Source: an uncultured virus (IMG/VR IMGVR_UViG_3300042539_000942)
Taxonomy: Duplodnaviria; Heunggongvirae; Uroviricota; Caudoviricetes
Virus record (IMG/VR): IMGVR_UViG_3300042539_000942
Strand: one strand, 5' to 3'
DNA: 64,000 nucleotides
In this document: piece after piece, positions 27,133 through 36,750 of the stretch
Position numbering within the stretch: the first letter of the stretch is position 1
How the letters are laid out: each line of letters opens with the position of its first letter
Program-made: the position numbers and the translations under genes
The notes under the pieces: generated by a model
The model's input: the letters and a program-made list of their open reading frames with translations, nothing else
Database searches by the model: none
What the model was told of the DNA's origin: nothing

Positions 27133-29316
27133 ATGCCTGTCAATCACGAAATCAAGTCCCAACTTGCTAAGTTGCTTGCCACTGAGGATCTTGTGGTGGA
27201 GCATAAAAAGGTTGAAACTGCCTGCTTTAACGTTCATACCCGTGTATTGACTCTTCCTCTCTGGGAACGTGCTAGCAGCACCGTATACGATCTTCTGGTG
27301 GGGCATGAAGTCGGTCACGCACTTTATACTCCCGATGAAGATTGGACTGAGACTGTAAAGATTCCACAACAATTCGTGAATGTGGTGGAGGATGCTCGCA
27401 TTGAGAAACTGATGAAGCGTCGTTATGCTGGTCTTGCCAAAACTTTCTTCAATGGTTATAAAGAGTTGAAGGAAGATGATTTCTTTCAGTTGGAAGATGA
27501 AGATGTTTCTTCCTTCAATCTTGCAGATCGGGTGAATCTTTATTTCAAAATTGGTAATTTTATTCCTCTCGATTTTATTCCTGAGGAGAAAGAAATTGTT
27601 GACTTGATTTCTGCAACAGAAACTTTTGCTGATGCATTGATTGCTGCAGAAGAACTTTATAAGTACTGCAAAAAGGAGAAAGAACAGAAACAAAAAGTTG
27701 CTCAATTTGATTCGCACGATCAGCAGGGTAATTCTACTGATGCTGGTGATGAGCAAGTTGAAGTCGAACAAGATCCAAACTCTGAAGAGGATGGTGATTC
27801 TAACTCATCACAAACTCAACAATCTGAAGAAACTGGTTCTTCTGAAGGAGATGCAACTAGATCTGATCTTCCTGGTGATGAAGCAGAACCTGAGATTCGC
27901 ACTGCAGAATCTTTGAAGGATAAAATTCGTGATCTTGTGAATTCTGATGGTCATGAGAATGTGTATGTTGAGATTCCACAAGTAAATCTTGAAACGGTCA
28001 TTGGTAAAAATATCGAAGTTCATTATGATATTGATGCCTGCTTTGGTCATCAACAAATGAAGCACAATGAACTAGCATCTGAAAATAATTTCAAACCAAC
28101 TCATCTTTTTCAAGAAGTTGATAATGAATACAAGAAATTTAAACTTTCTGCACAAAAAGAAGTTAATTATCTTGTAAAGGAATTTGAGTGCCGTAAGGCA
28201 GCAGATTCCTATGCCCGTTCTTCAACTGCTAGGACGGGTGTTCTTGATACTTCCCGTATTCATTCATACAAGTATACAGAAGACTTGTTTAAGAAAGTCA
28301 CTGTGATTCCCGATGGAAAAAATCACGGTCTAGTATTTGTTTTGGATTGGTCTGGATCAATGCAAAATGTTCTTCTAGATACTTGCAAACAACTCTTCAA
28401 TCTTATTTGGTTCTGTAAAAAAGTTTCCATTCCTTTTGAAGTTTATGCCTTTACGAATGAATGGAGGCGAGGTGAATACAATTATGAAGATGGAACGTAC
28501 AAAGCAGCAGATCGCAATTCACACTATGAGAAAAAACAAGGTCTTCTTCAAGTTGATGAGACTTTTTCTTTGATGAATTTGCTCACGAGTAAAATTTCTG
28601 CTAAAGATCTGGAGCATCAAATGGTAAATGTGTGGCGTCTTGCTGCGTGTTTTTCTGATTTGTATTATACAAATTATACATATCCAACTCGTTTGTGTCT
28701 TTCTGGAACTCCTTTGAATGAATCTTTGATTTCACTTCATCAAATTCTTCCCAAGTTTCAGAAAGAAAATAAACTACAAAAAGTTCAGTGTATTGTATTA
28801 ACCGATGGTGAGGCAAATTATGTTCCCTATCATCGTGAAGTTAAACGTAATTGGGAAAATGAACCTTATCTTGGTCTTTCTAGTGTAAATCCTCATAATA
28901 CTTTTCTTAGGGATCGCAAACTTGGAACTACCTATAAATTTGATGGAAGGTATCATCAATTTACAGACACTCTTCTCAATAATCTGAAAGATAAGTTTCC
29001 TTCGGTAAATTTTATTGGTATTCGTGTTCTTGCTGGTCGTGATGTGAATCGCTTTATCAATCTGTATCATACTTGTGCTGATAAGTATTATGATACGATT
29101 CAAAATGACTGGAAAAAACTGAAAAGTTTTACGATTAAAAATTCTGGTTACGATGCTTATTTTGGTCTTTCTTCTGTTGCACTTTCTCAAGATACTGAGT
29201 TTGAAGTTGCAGAAGATGCTTCTAAAGCACAAATCAAATCTGCTTTTGTGAAATCTTTGAAAACTAAAAAACTCAATAAAAAGGTTCTTGGGGAGTTCAT
29301 CTCTCTTGTTGCATAA
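27133..29316 (+). CDS. CobT-like protein (HEXXH peptidase-like N-domain, acidic linker, vWA domain)
   Basis: HEVGH, NVVEDARIE, MIDAS DWSGSM, GTPL and LTDGE motifs. Confidence 0.85.
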   Translation: MPVNHEIKSQLAKLLATEDLVVEHKKVETACFNVHTRVLTLPLWERASSTVYDLLVGHEVGHALYTPDEDWTETVKIPQQFVNVVEDARIEKLMKRRYAGLAKTFFNGYKELKEDDFFQLEDEDVSSFNLADRVNLYFKIGNFIPLDFIPEEKEIVDLISATETFADALIAAEELYKYCKKEKEQKQKVAQFDSHDQQGNSTDAGDEQVEVEQDPNSEEDGDSNSSQTQQSEETGSSEGDATRSDLPGDEAEPEIRTAESLKDKIRDLVNSDGHENVYVEIPQVNLETVIGKNIEVHYDIDACFGHQQMKHNELASENNFKPTHLFQEVDNEYKKFKLSAQKEVNYLVKEFECRKAADSYARSSTARTGVLDTSRIHSYKYTEDLFKKVTVIPDGKNHGLVFVLDWSGSMQNVLLDTCKQLFNLIWFCKKVSIPFEVYAFTNEWRRGEYNYEDGTYKAADRNSHYEKKQGLLQVDETFSLMNLLTSKISAKDLEHQMVNVWRLAACFSDLYYTNYTYPTRLCLSGTPLNESLISLHQILPKFQKENKLQKVQCIVLTDGEANYVPYHREVKRNWENEPYLGLSSVNPHNTFLRDRKLGTTYKFDGRYHQFTDTLLNNLKDKFPSVNFIGIRVLAGRDVNRFINLYHTCADKYYDTIQNDWKKLKSFTIKNSGYDAYFGLSSVALSQDTEFEVAEDASKAQIKSAFVKSLKTKKLNKKVLGEFISLVA

Positions 29317-29334
29317 ATATTTAAAAAACTTAAG

Positions 29335-29889
29335 ATGAAAACTTTTAACGAATTTATTTCTGAGGCAAGAGAATTAAATGAGACTTCTCTCACTCGTGTG
29401 ATGAGAAAGTCTGAAAAAGGTGGTACAGCAATTCTTTCTGGTCAACGCGGAGATAAGTCTAAAAAAGAAAACAAGGAAAGGTCTGCAAGAACAGAAAGAA
29501 GAATTAGAGGTGCTGGACTACCAGGACCTACTAAAGTATCTGGACGTTACACAGAAAACCCAGGAACTCCAGAAGAGAAAAAGGTGGGAGAAAAGTCTCA
29601 TGTAGTTTCTTCTGGCAAAATGGGTAAGAGAAAGTTTAAAAAAACTATAGAGAAACTTGGAACTGAAGGCGGATTGAAGCATAAGCGTAATGTGAAAGGT
29701 TCATCCAAAGATGATCAAGATTCTGTACTGATTCAACGTAAAGGTGGTGGAGAAGCAACACTTAAAGGAACTTCAAAAACATCTTGGCCAGGTAAAGGTA
29801 AAAATGTTAAAGTTGGTGGTATGAAACCAGGAAGAACTGGTGAATTTGATACAAAAGTCAAAAACAAAACATTTACATATGAAGCATAA
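29335..29889 (+). CDS. Basic hypothetical protein with capsid-targeting-like leader
   Basis: N-terminus MKTFNEFISEA; ATAAATA at 29313-29319. Confidence 0.75.
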   Translation: MKTFNEFISEARELNETSLTRVMRKSEKGGTAILSGQRGDKSKKENKERSARTERRIRGAGLPGPTKVSGRYTENPGTPEEKKVGEKSHVVSSGKMGKRKFKKTIEKLGTEGGLKHKRNVKGSSKDDQDSVLIQRKGGGEATLKGTSKTSWPGKGKNVKVGGMKPGRTGEFDTKVKNKTFTYEA

Positions 29890-30064
29890 ATTTCCATTAG
29901 AACACGTAGTTAATTACAATACTCAGGAAATTTGGGTGTTGTGTGACAGTGCAATTACTGCCATGGGACTTCCTGCATTGGTAAAACAATACTATCCAGG
30001 GTATAAACCAAAAATTGGAACCAAAGAACAACTTAATAAATTACGCAACCAGTTGGTAAACTGA
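29879..30064 (+). CDS. Small hypothetical protein
   Basis: MKHKFPLEHVVN..YYPGY; overlaps the upstream stop. Confidence 0.6.
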   Translation: MKHKFPLEHVVNYNTQEIWVLCDSAITAMGLPALVKQYYPGYKPKIGTKEQLNKLRNQLVN

Positions 30065-30103
30065 CCACTAGGGGTCTCTGGGACCCCTTTTCTGTTCTAT
30101 ACT
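30050..30103 (+). promoter_or_regulatory. Second inverted repeat + hairpin + -10 element
   Basis: CAGTT-GGTA-AACTG, GGGGTC-TCTGG-GACCCC-TTTT, and TATACT at 30098. Confidence 0.5.
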
Positions 30104-30132
30104 AACTTCAGTTGAAACAAACACCCCACATC

Positions 30133-31260
30133 ATGACTCGCATTCAAATGACCGACGATCAAATTCTTAACGATCTCAAAAGCACATTTGGTGGCAAAAT
30201 CACTGCTGCTGATGTTCGTGGTTATTGTGCATCCAAAAATCTTTCTTATCCCACTGTAACCAAACGACTGGAAACTTTTAAAGTTGGTCGTGGTAAGTGG
30301 AATCTGGAAGTTACTCCGCAACGTGTGGAAGAAATTGAACGTTCATTCAATAATGTTTCTGTTCTTCCTGAAGTTCATCAAAATCTTATTCCGTCAAAAG
30401 ATGATACCTTCGTCAAGTTTGGTAACTTTAACGATATTAAAAAAATTATTGAGTCCCGTCTTTTCTATCCTACGTTCATTACGGGTCTTTCGGGTAATGG
30501 CAAAACGTTCAGCGTGGAGCAAGCGTGTGCTCAACTTAAGCGTGAACTGATTCGTGTCAACATCACCATTGAGACCGACGAGGATGATCTGATTGGTGGT
30601 TTTCGTCTTGTGAATGGTGAAACTGCTTGGCACAATGGTCCTGTGATTGAGGCACTTGAGCGTGGTGCAGTTCTTCTTCTGGATGAGATTGATCTTGCTT
30701 CTAATAAAATTCTTTGTCTTCAATCTGTTCTAGAAGGTAAAGGTGTCTTTCTGAAGAAGATCGGCAAGTTCGTCAAACCTGCTGCAGGATTCAACGTGAT
30801 TGCCACTGCAAACACCAAGGGCAAGGGTTCTGATGACGGTAGGTTCATTGGCACCAACGTGCTCAATGAAGCGTTTCTGGAGCGGTTTCCTGTGACTCTG
30901 GAGCAGTCTTATCCTGCTCCTGCAACCGAGCAGAAGATTCTGGAAGGGGTTGCTCTGGATCTTGGTGTGGAGGATCGTGACTTCTGCAAGCGTCTTGTTG
31001 ATTGGGGTGACATCATTCGTAAGACTTTCTATGATGGTGGCATTGAGGAAATCATCAGCACCCGTCGTTTGGTTCACATCATTCGTGCTTACAGTATCTT
31101 CAACGATAAGGCAAAGGCAATTCAAGTCTGCGTGAATCGTTTTGACGATGAAACTAAAACTGCTTTTCTGGAACTGTATGATAAAGTTGATGCAGATTTT
31201 GTGATGCCTTCTCAACCTGAACTTACTGCAGAATATGTTGACGTAAAGAAAGCAAACTGA
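30133..31260 (+). CDS. cobS: CobS-like MoxR-family AAA+ ATPase
   Basis: GLSGNGKT, LLLDEID, ATANTKG and AFLERF motifs. Confidence 0.88.
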   Translation: MTRIQMTDDQILNDLKSTFGGKITAADVRGYCASKNLSYPTVTKRLETFKVGRGKWNLEVTPQRVEEIERSFNNVSVLPEVHQNLIPSKDDTFVKFGNFNDIKKIIESRLFYPTFITGLSGNGKTFSVEQACAQLKRELIRVNITIETDEDDLIGGFRLVNGETAWHNGPVIEALERGAVLLLDEIDLASNKILCLQSVLEGKGVFLKKIGKFVKPAAGFNVIATANTKGKGSDDGRFIGTNVLNEAFLERFPVTLEQSYPAPATEQKILEGVALDLGVEDRDFCKRLVDWGDIIRKTFYDGGIEEIISTRRLVHIIRAYSIFNDKAKAIQVCVNRFDDETKTAFLELYDKVDADFVMPSQPELTAEYVDVKKAN

Positions 31261-31297
31261 TAGAATGTGGGAAGGTAAAAAGTGCCTTCCCCTTATT

Positions 31298-31717
31298 ATG
31301 GATAATCAAGAAAATCAATTTTATGATAGGTATACTTTTAGTATATCTTCAGATTCATCAGACCTTATAAAAATTGACAAAACACCTGTTATGAGCGAAT
31401 CAAAGAATCATCTTTGGAAATACAACGAAGATAAAATTCTCAAGGATGTTGAGGATTATGTAACCAGCACTTATCACGGTCATTATTGTGGCGATGAATC
31501 TGGTTATGATGACATTCAAACAATTGATCTGATGGCAGCTAAAAAACTTGCTGCTGGTTTCTGTCAGGCAAACATTCTAAAGTATGGTTCTCGTTATGGG
31601 GACAAGGATGGACGTAATAAGCGTGATTTGATGAAAGTCATTCACTATGCTATGCTTCTGCTTCACTTTGACAAACATTATTCGCGTAAGGATAATGGAC
31701 TTACAGAATTCCGTTGA
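31298..31717 (+). CDS. Conserved cyanophage hypothetical protein
   Basis: KYNEDKIL..ANILKYGSRYG.KDG motif; TTGACG-17-TAGAAT promoter at 31238-31266. Confidence 0.7.
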   Translation: MDNQENQFYDRYTFSISSDSSDLIKIDKTPVMSESKNHLWKYNEDKILKDVEDYVTSTYHGHYCGDESGYDDIQTIDLMAAKKLAAGFCQANILKYGSRYGDKDGRNKRDLMKVIHYAMLLLHFDKHYSRKDNGLTEFR

Positions 31718-31740
31718 CTATGAAAATTAGAGAAAATACT

Positions 31741-32409
31741 ATGAAACTTTCTGATAAAACAATTTTTCTTCTTAAGAATTTTTCCACGATCAATCAATCT
31801 ATTCTTTTTAAGGAAGGAAATAAAGTTCGCACTATTTCTGTTGCTAAAAACATTTTGGCAGAGGCAACCATTACAGAGAAGTTTCCTAAAGATTTTGGTA
31901 TCTATGATCTTAATCAGTTTCTCACTGCTTTGACTGCATTGCATAAAGATGCTCAACTTGATTTTGATAATGATAGTCATGTTTTGATTCGGGAAGGTAA
32001 ATCAAAATCAAAATACTTTTTTTCGGATCCCTCTGTAATTGTAAGTCCTCCAGAAAAGGAACTTGTTCTTCCTAGTGAAGATGTAAAGTTTTCTTTGGAT
32101 ACATCACAGTTGAATCAACTAGTTAAAGCAGCAGCAATTTATCAACTTCCTGATCTTTCTGTTGTTGGTGAAAATGGTGTAATTTCTTTGGTCGTTAGGG
32201 ATAAAGATAATTCCACTTCGAACAATTTCTCAGTAATTGTAGGAGAAACTACCAATGAGTTTACCTTTAATTTCAAGGTAGAAAACATTAAGATTGTTCC
32301 TGGAACATATGACGTTATCATCTCCGAGAAGTGTCTGTCTAAGTTTACTAATTCTGAGTATGATTTGACTTATTACATCGCATTAGAACCAGATAGTACA
32401 TTTAATTGA
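31741..32409 (+). CDS. gp45: Sliding clamp gp45
   Basis: MKLSDKT..LKNFSTINQS, FGIYDLNQFL and YYIALE motifs. Confidence 0.95.
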   Translation: MKLSDKTIFLLKNFSTINQSILFKEGNKVRTISVAKNILAEATITEKFPKDFGIYDLNQFLTALTALHKDAQLDFDNDSHVLIREGKSKSKYFFSDPSVIVSPPEKELVLPSEDVKFSLDTSQLNQLVKAAAIYQLPDLSVVGENGVISLVVRDKDNSTSNNFSVIVGETTNEFTFNFKVENIKIVPGTYDVIISEKCLSKFTNSEYDLTYYIALEPDSTFN

Positions 32410-32417
32410 GTTTTCAA

Positions 32418-32825
32418 ATGGAATTTTTTCTTTATTTGACACCTGTTGGTAGAGAGATTATTACCAACATTATGATTAGGAATTATAATGTAAAAGAAAA
32501 TGCACCAATTTGTAAACAAAAAAATCTGCTAGGGTTACTTTCTTCTCCAGACTTTGTGATTTGTACGAATAATATTAAAAATCGTAAAAGTCCAGTTTCT
32601 TACTATGTGAATGAAACAGTAACCCATGAAGCAGTTCATGTCATCCAAGCATGTAAAAAAGGTCCAATTGGAATTAGAGGAATTCAACTCAATCAAGAAA
32701 AATTAAATAATGTTGCAGGATCTCTTGCTTCTTACAAGTCTTCTCCAGTGTATGAGGTAGAATCGTACTATCTGGAAGATAAACCAGAAGAAGTATTAAA
32801 ATTGATGAAAAAATTCTGTTTTTGA
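32418..32825 (+). CDS. Hypothetical protein with HEXXH zinc-protease motif
   Basis: THEAVHVIQ..E.E.Y motif. Confidence 0.6.
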   Translation: MEFFLYLTPVGREIITNIMIRNYNVKENAPICKQKNLLGLLSSPDFVICTNNIKNRKSPVSYYVNETVTHEAVHVIQACKKGPIGIRGIQLNQEKLNNVAGSLASYKSSPVYEVESYYLEDKPEEVLKLMKKFCF

Positions 32826-32827
32826 TT

Positions 32828-33340
32828 ATGAACATTTTTGTTACGTCGCCATTTCCTGCAGAAAGTGCCATCTGTCTTCCTGATAAGCACATCGTCAAAA
32901 TGCCCCTAGAGTGCTGCCAGATGCTCTCCATCGTGGCGTCTGAGAAATGGGGACACGGGTACGGAACCCTTCCAAAGACCGATGGAACGCCGTACAAGAC
33001 CGATAAGGGAGCATTCCGCAATCACCCATGCACCCAATGGGCAATGGGCAGCATTCACAATGCTTATTGGTTGATTAAATGGGGAATGAATCTTGCGGAT
33101 GAATATGCTATAAGGTATAATAAAACACACTCCTGTTATAAGACTCTTGTTGATGCTTACTATCTTTTCCCCAAAGGAAAGATTACAGAAGTAACTCCAT
33201 TTGCTCGTGCCATGCCTGAAGAATGGAAACATGATAAAAGTATTGATACTTTTACTGCGTACAAAAAGTACATTGCCTCAAAACCTTGGGTGAAAGATAA
33301 TTACCTTCGTATGCCCCAACGTAAACCTGATTGGATTTGA
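32828..33340 (+). CDS. Pyrimidine-dimer DNA glycosylase / endonuclease V-like protein
   Basis: MNIFVT..DKHIVKMPLECCQMLS, NHPCTQW and PFARAMP motifs. Confidence 0.7.
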   Translation: MNIFVTSPFPAESAICLPDKHIVKMPLECCQMLSIVASEKWGHGYGTLPKTDGTPYKTDKGAFRNHPCTQWAMGSIHNAYWLIKWGMNLADEYAIRYNKTHSCYKTLVDAYYLFPKGKITEVTPFARAMPEEWKHDKSIDTFTAYKKYIASKPWVKDNYLRMPQRKPDWI

Positions 33341-33342
33341 TT

Positions 33343-34287
33343 ATGAATAGTGATTTTATTTGGGTTGAAAAGTATCGACCCAAAACAATTGAAGATTGTA
33401 TTTTGCCAGAAAGCACCAAGAAGACCTTTCAGGACTTTCTAAATAAAGGTGAAATTCCAAACATGCTTCTTTCTGGTCCTCCTGGTGTAGGTAAGACCAC
33501 AGTGGCAAAGGCACTTTGTAATGAATTGGGAGTAGATTTTTATGTCATCAATGGATCCGACGAGGGTAGATTCCTCGATACTGTCCGAAACAATGCGAAG
33601 AACTTCGCTTCGACCGTCTCACTTTCGTCAACTGCTAAACACAAAGTCATCATCATTGATGAGGCAGATAACACAACCTCAGACGTACAACTCTTGCTAC
33701 GGGCGTCTATTGAGGAGTTTAGTAAAAATTGCAGATTCATCTTCACCTGCAACTACAAAAACAAAATCATTGAACCCCTTCACTCCCGATGTGCAGTCAT
33801 CGACTTTGGGATTAAAGGGAAAGAAAAAACCAAGTTGGCAGGATCTTTCTTCAAGCGTCTACAAGACATCTTGGATGCAGAAGGCATCGAATTCGATCAA
33901 AAAGTCCTTGCAGAACTTATCAACAAACATTTTCCAGATTGGCGACGAGTCCTCAACGAGTGCCAAAGGTATTCGGTGGGAGGAAAAATTGACACTGGAA
34001 TTCTTGCATCTTTCTCAGACATCGCTGTAAATGATCTCATTAAAAGTCTCAAAGAAAAAAACTTTCCTGAGGTCAGGAAGTGGGTGGTATCTAATTTGGA
34101 TAATGATACTACTGTATTGTTTCGTCGTATTTACGATGCTCTTTATAGCACCCTTGAAAACAATAGCATTCCTGCTGCTGTGCTTGTTCTTGCTAAGTAT
34201 CAGTATCAAAGTGCTTTCGTAGCAGATCAAGAAATAAACATGCTTGCTTGTTTGACCGAACTCATGGTGGAGTGTGAATTTCAATGA
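33343..34287 (+). CDS. gp44: Clamp loader large subunit gp44
   Basis: WVEKYRP, GPPGVGKT, IDEAD and SRC motifs. Confidence 0.96.
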   Translation: MNSDFIWVEKYRPKTIEDCILPESTKKTFQDFLNKGEIPNMLLSGPPGVGKTTVAKALCNELGVDFYVINGSDEGRFLDTVRNNAKNFASTVSLSSTAKHKVIIIDEADNTTSDVQLLLRASIEEFSKNCRFIFTCNYKNKIIEPLHSRCAVIDFGIKGKEKTKLAGSFFKRLQDILDAEGIEFDQKVLAELINKHFPDWRRVLNECQRYSVGGKIDTGILASFSDIAVNDLIKSLKEKNFPEVRKWVVSNLDNDTTVLFRRIYDALYSTLENNSIPAAVLVLAKYQYQSAFVADQEINMLACLTELMVECEFQ

Positions 34288-35126
34288 AATCTCTTAAGAC
34301 ACCGTTACGTTACCCTGGCGGTAAGTCCCGTGCTTGTGAAAAGATGGGACCTTACTTTCCAGACCTTCGCAACTATGATGAGTTCCGTGAACCATTTCTT
34401 GGTGGAGGAAGTGTTGCAATTTACATCACCAAAAAGTATCCTTGCCTAGATATTTGGGTGAATGATCTTTATGAACCACTAGTAAACTTTTGGCAGCAAC
34501 TTCAAATGTTTGGGGTTGACATGAAGAACAAACTGGTAGATCTCAAGACAGTAAATAATACTCCAGAACTAGCAAAAGACCTATTCCTTTCCTGCAAAAC
34601 ACAAATCAATGATAAGGATCTGTCAAGTATCAGTCGTGCTGTGGCTTTTTATGTTGTCAATAAGTGTTCTTTCTCTGGTCTCACAGAAAGTAGTTCCTTT
34701 TCAGCACAGGCATCAATCAGCAACTTTTCTTTGCGTGGTATTGAAAAACTGCCAGAGTATTCTAAGATAATTGAGAAGTGGCGTATAACTAATTACTCCT
34801 ATGATTATCTAATGGATGGAAACAAGGGTGCTTTTATGTATCTTGATCCTCCTTATGACATTAAGGATAATCTCTATGGGCGTAAGGGATCAATGCACAA
34901 AGGATTTGATCACGATAAGTTTGCTTCTGATTGCGATGCTTGTTATATGCACCAACTAATAAGTTATAACTCGGATCAACTGGTTAAAGATCGTTTCAAG
35001 AACTGGAAGATGGGTGAGTTTGATTTAACTTATACAATGCGTTCCGTTGGTGAATATATGCGAGAGCAAAAAGAAAGAAAGGAACTTTTGCTGTTTAATT
35101 ATAATAAAGATTTGTTATGGAATTGA
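34284..35126 (+). CDS. dam: DNA adenine methyltransferase (Dam/D12 class)
   Basis: RYPGGKS, EPFLGGGS and YLDPPY motifs. Confidence 0.9.
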   Translation: MKSLKTPLRYPGGKSRACEKMGPYFPDLRNYDEFREPFLGGGSVAIYITKKYPCLDIWVNDLYEPLVNFWQQLQMFGVDMKNKLVDLKTVNNTPELAKDLFLSCKTQINDKDLSSISRAVAFYVVNKCSFSGLTESSSFSAQASISNFSLRGIEKLPEYSKIIEKWRITNYSYDYLMDGNKGAFMYLDPPYDIKDNLYGRKGSMHKGFDHDKFASDCDACYMHQLISYNSDQLVKDRFKNWKMGEFDLTYTMRSVGEYMREQKERKELLLFNYNKDLLWN

Positions 35127-35497
35127 AGGACTGGTTAAACTCAATCAATCATACGAAGCAACATCTGATTGATGAAAATCCTTCGATTGAGAAGGAATAT
35201 GCACCGTACATTATCAATCGTTGTCTTTCTGGGCACCTTGATTGTATTATGTTTGCAAATGAAATGAATCAATGTCATTTTCTTCCGAAGAAAATGCAAT
35301 ATGATTTTTTTATAAATAGTCTCAGGAAAGGGAAAAGATTTTCTCCTTGGATCCGAAAAGATAAAATTGAAAATCTTGAGTGTGTTAAAAAATACTATGG
35401 TTATAGTAATGAAAAGGCGCTTCAAGCATTAAAAATTCTATCTAAAGAACAACTTACATTTATTAAACAGCGACTTGAAACTGGAGGAAAAAAATGA
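35117..35497 (+). CDS. gp62: Clamp loader small subunit gp62
   Basis: YIINRCLS, ANEMN and YYGYSNEKA motifs. Confidence 0.92.
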   Translation: MELKDWLNSINHTKQHLIDENPSIEKEYAPYIINRCLSGHLDCIMFANEMNQCHFLPKKMQYDFFINSLRKGKRFSPWIRKDKIENLECVKKYYGYSNEKALQALKILSKEQLTFIKQRLETGGKK

Positions 35498-35931
35498 GTC
35501 AAATTGTTGAACTTGAAGTAAAGTGGTCTCCCGACATGATGATTGAGGTCATTCTCACTGAACCAGATGACTTTCTGAAAGTTCGTGAGACTCTGACCCG
35601 TATTGGAGTTGCATCCAGAAAGGAGAAAAAACTTTATCAGTCTTGCCACATTCTTCATAAGCAGGGAAGATACTACATTGTCCATTTCAAAGAGTTGTTT
35701 GCTCTTGATGGAAAGAAAGCAAATCTTACTCAAAATGATGTACAAAGACGAAACAGAATTGCACAATTGCTTTCTGATTGGGGACTTGTTGAAGTTGTCA
35801 ATGCTGAAAAAATTACTGAGATTGCTCCACTGAATCAAATTAAGGTTCTTTCTTATAAAGAAAAAAATGAATGGGAACTTGAAACAAAGTATTCTATTGG
35901 TAAAAAGAAAGGGGAAACCGAACAAGAATAA
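35494..35931 (+). CDS. regA: Translational repressor RegA
   Basis: DDFLKVRETLTRIG and CHILHKQGRYYIVHFKELF motifs. Confidence 0.96.
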   Translation: MSQIVELEVKWSPDMMIEVILTEPDDFLKVRETLTRIGVASRKEKKLYQSCHILHKQGRYYIVHFKELFALDGKKANLTQNDVQRRNRIAQLLSDWGLVEVVNAEKITEIAPLNQIKVLSYKEKNEWELETKYSIGKKKGETEQE

Positions 35932-36031
35932 TCGGATTTCATCATACGCTTTTTAAGCAGATGTCGTATAATTAATAATGTCAGACGCTTCGGGTTTGAC
36001 ATTATTAACTCGCTTAAAAAGGAGAACTCAA

Positions 36032-36457
36032 ATGACAATGCTTGCAAAATACCACACTGGAGACATTCAAAAGTTAATGAATGATCTCACTAAGTATACT
36101 ATTGGTATGGATGATTGGTTTGATCGTATTGTAGTTCCAACTGATACTAACTATCCACCTTATAATGTAATTAAAGAATCAGATACTGAACTTCGTCTTG
36201 AAGTTGCTCTTGCTGGTTTTGCCAAAAATGAAGTTACTGTTTATACTGAAGATGGCAAATTGGTAATTAATGGGCATAAAACAACCGACAATGATAAAGA
36301 GTATGTGTACAAAGGTCTTGCTAATAGAGCATTCGATAGATCTTGGACTTTGCCCGATGATTTGGAAATTAAGAATGTAAAGTTTGAAGATGGTCTTCTT
36401 TCGGTTTCTCTGTCGAGAATCATTCCAGAAAACAAAAAGAAACGTGTTTGGTTCTAA
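36032..36457 (+). CDS. hsp20: Small heat shock protein Hsp20
   Basis: NYPPYN, LEVALAGF and F.DGLL motifs; AAGGAG SD before ATG 36032. Confidence 0.93.
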   Translation: MTMLAKYHTGDIQKLMNDLTKYTIGMDDWFDRIVVPTDTNYPPYNVIKESDTELRLEVALAGFAKNEVTVYTEDGKLVINGHKTTDNDKEYVYKGLANRAFDRSWTLPDDLEIKNVKFEDGLLSVSLSRIIPENKKKRVWF

Positions 36458-36547
36458 ATAATTTGGGGCAACCCAAATATCGTCGGCAATAGGGGATAGG
36501 ATGACAAAGACCATCCACATCCCCTTTTTCAATAAATAAAAATAAAA

Positions 36548-36706
36548 ATGAAAACCTATAAAGAATTTGTACAAGAGGTGAAAACTATTCCTTTTACAAT
36601 GGCAAAGAAGCATAAGGTTTATAATAAAGGAACTGTAACAAATGTTGGTGCTGGAAGAGCAGTGCCAGATAGATCCCCATCAAGTGCAGGCGGAGATGGG
36701 GATTGA
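36548..36706 (+). CDS. Small protein with capsid-targeting-like leader (not in ORF track)
   Basis: 52 aa MKTYKEFVQEVKTIPF..GGDGD; ATAAATA at 36532-36538. Confidence 0.65.
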   Translation: MKTYKEFVQEVKTIPFTMAKKHKVYNKGTVTNVGAGRAVPDRSPSSAGGDGD

Positions 36707-36731
36707 CAAATTAGGTAGACCGTCGTATAGT
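36703..36731 (+). promoter_or_regulatory. sigma70-like early/middle promoter
   Basis: TTGACA-17-TATAGT. Confidence 0.7.
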
Positions 36732-36750
36732 AGTAAAAAAGTTTGAAAAA

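Noticed and set aside
27073..27771. 232-aa minus-strand ORF (likewise 51482..52162, 7111..7668, 35422..35925, 30730..31215 and other minus ORFs)
   Set aside because: These are antisense shadows of well-supported plus-strand genes, with no recognisable motifs or RBS.
35978..36031. N-terminal extension of Hsp20 from ATG 35978
   Set aside because: It lies in the promoter-proximal hairpin; the SD precedes ATG 36032.
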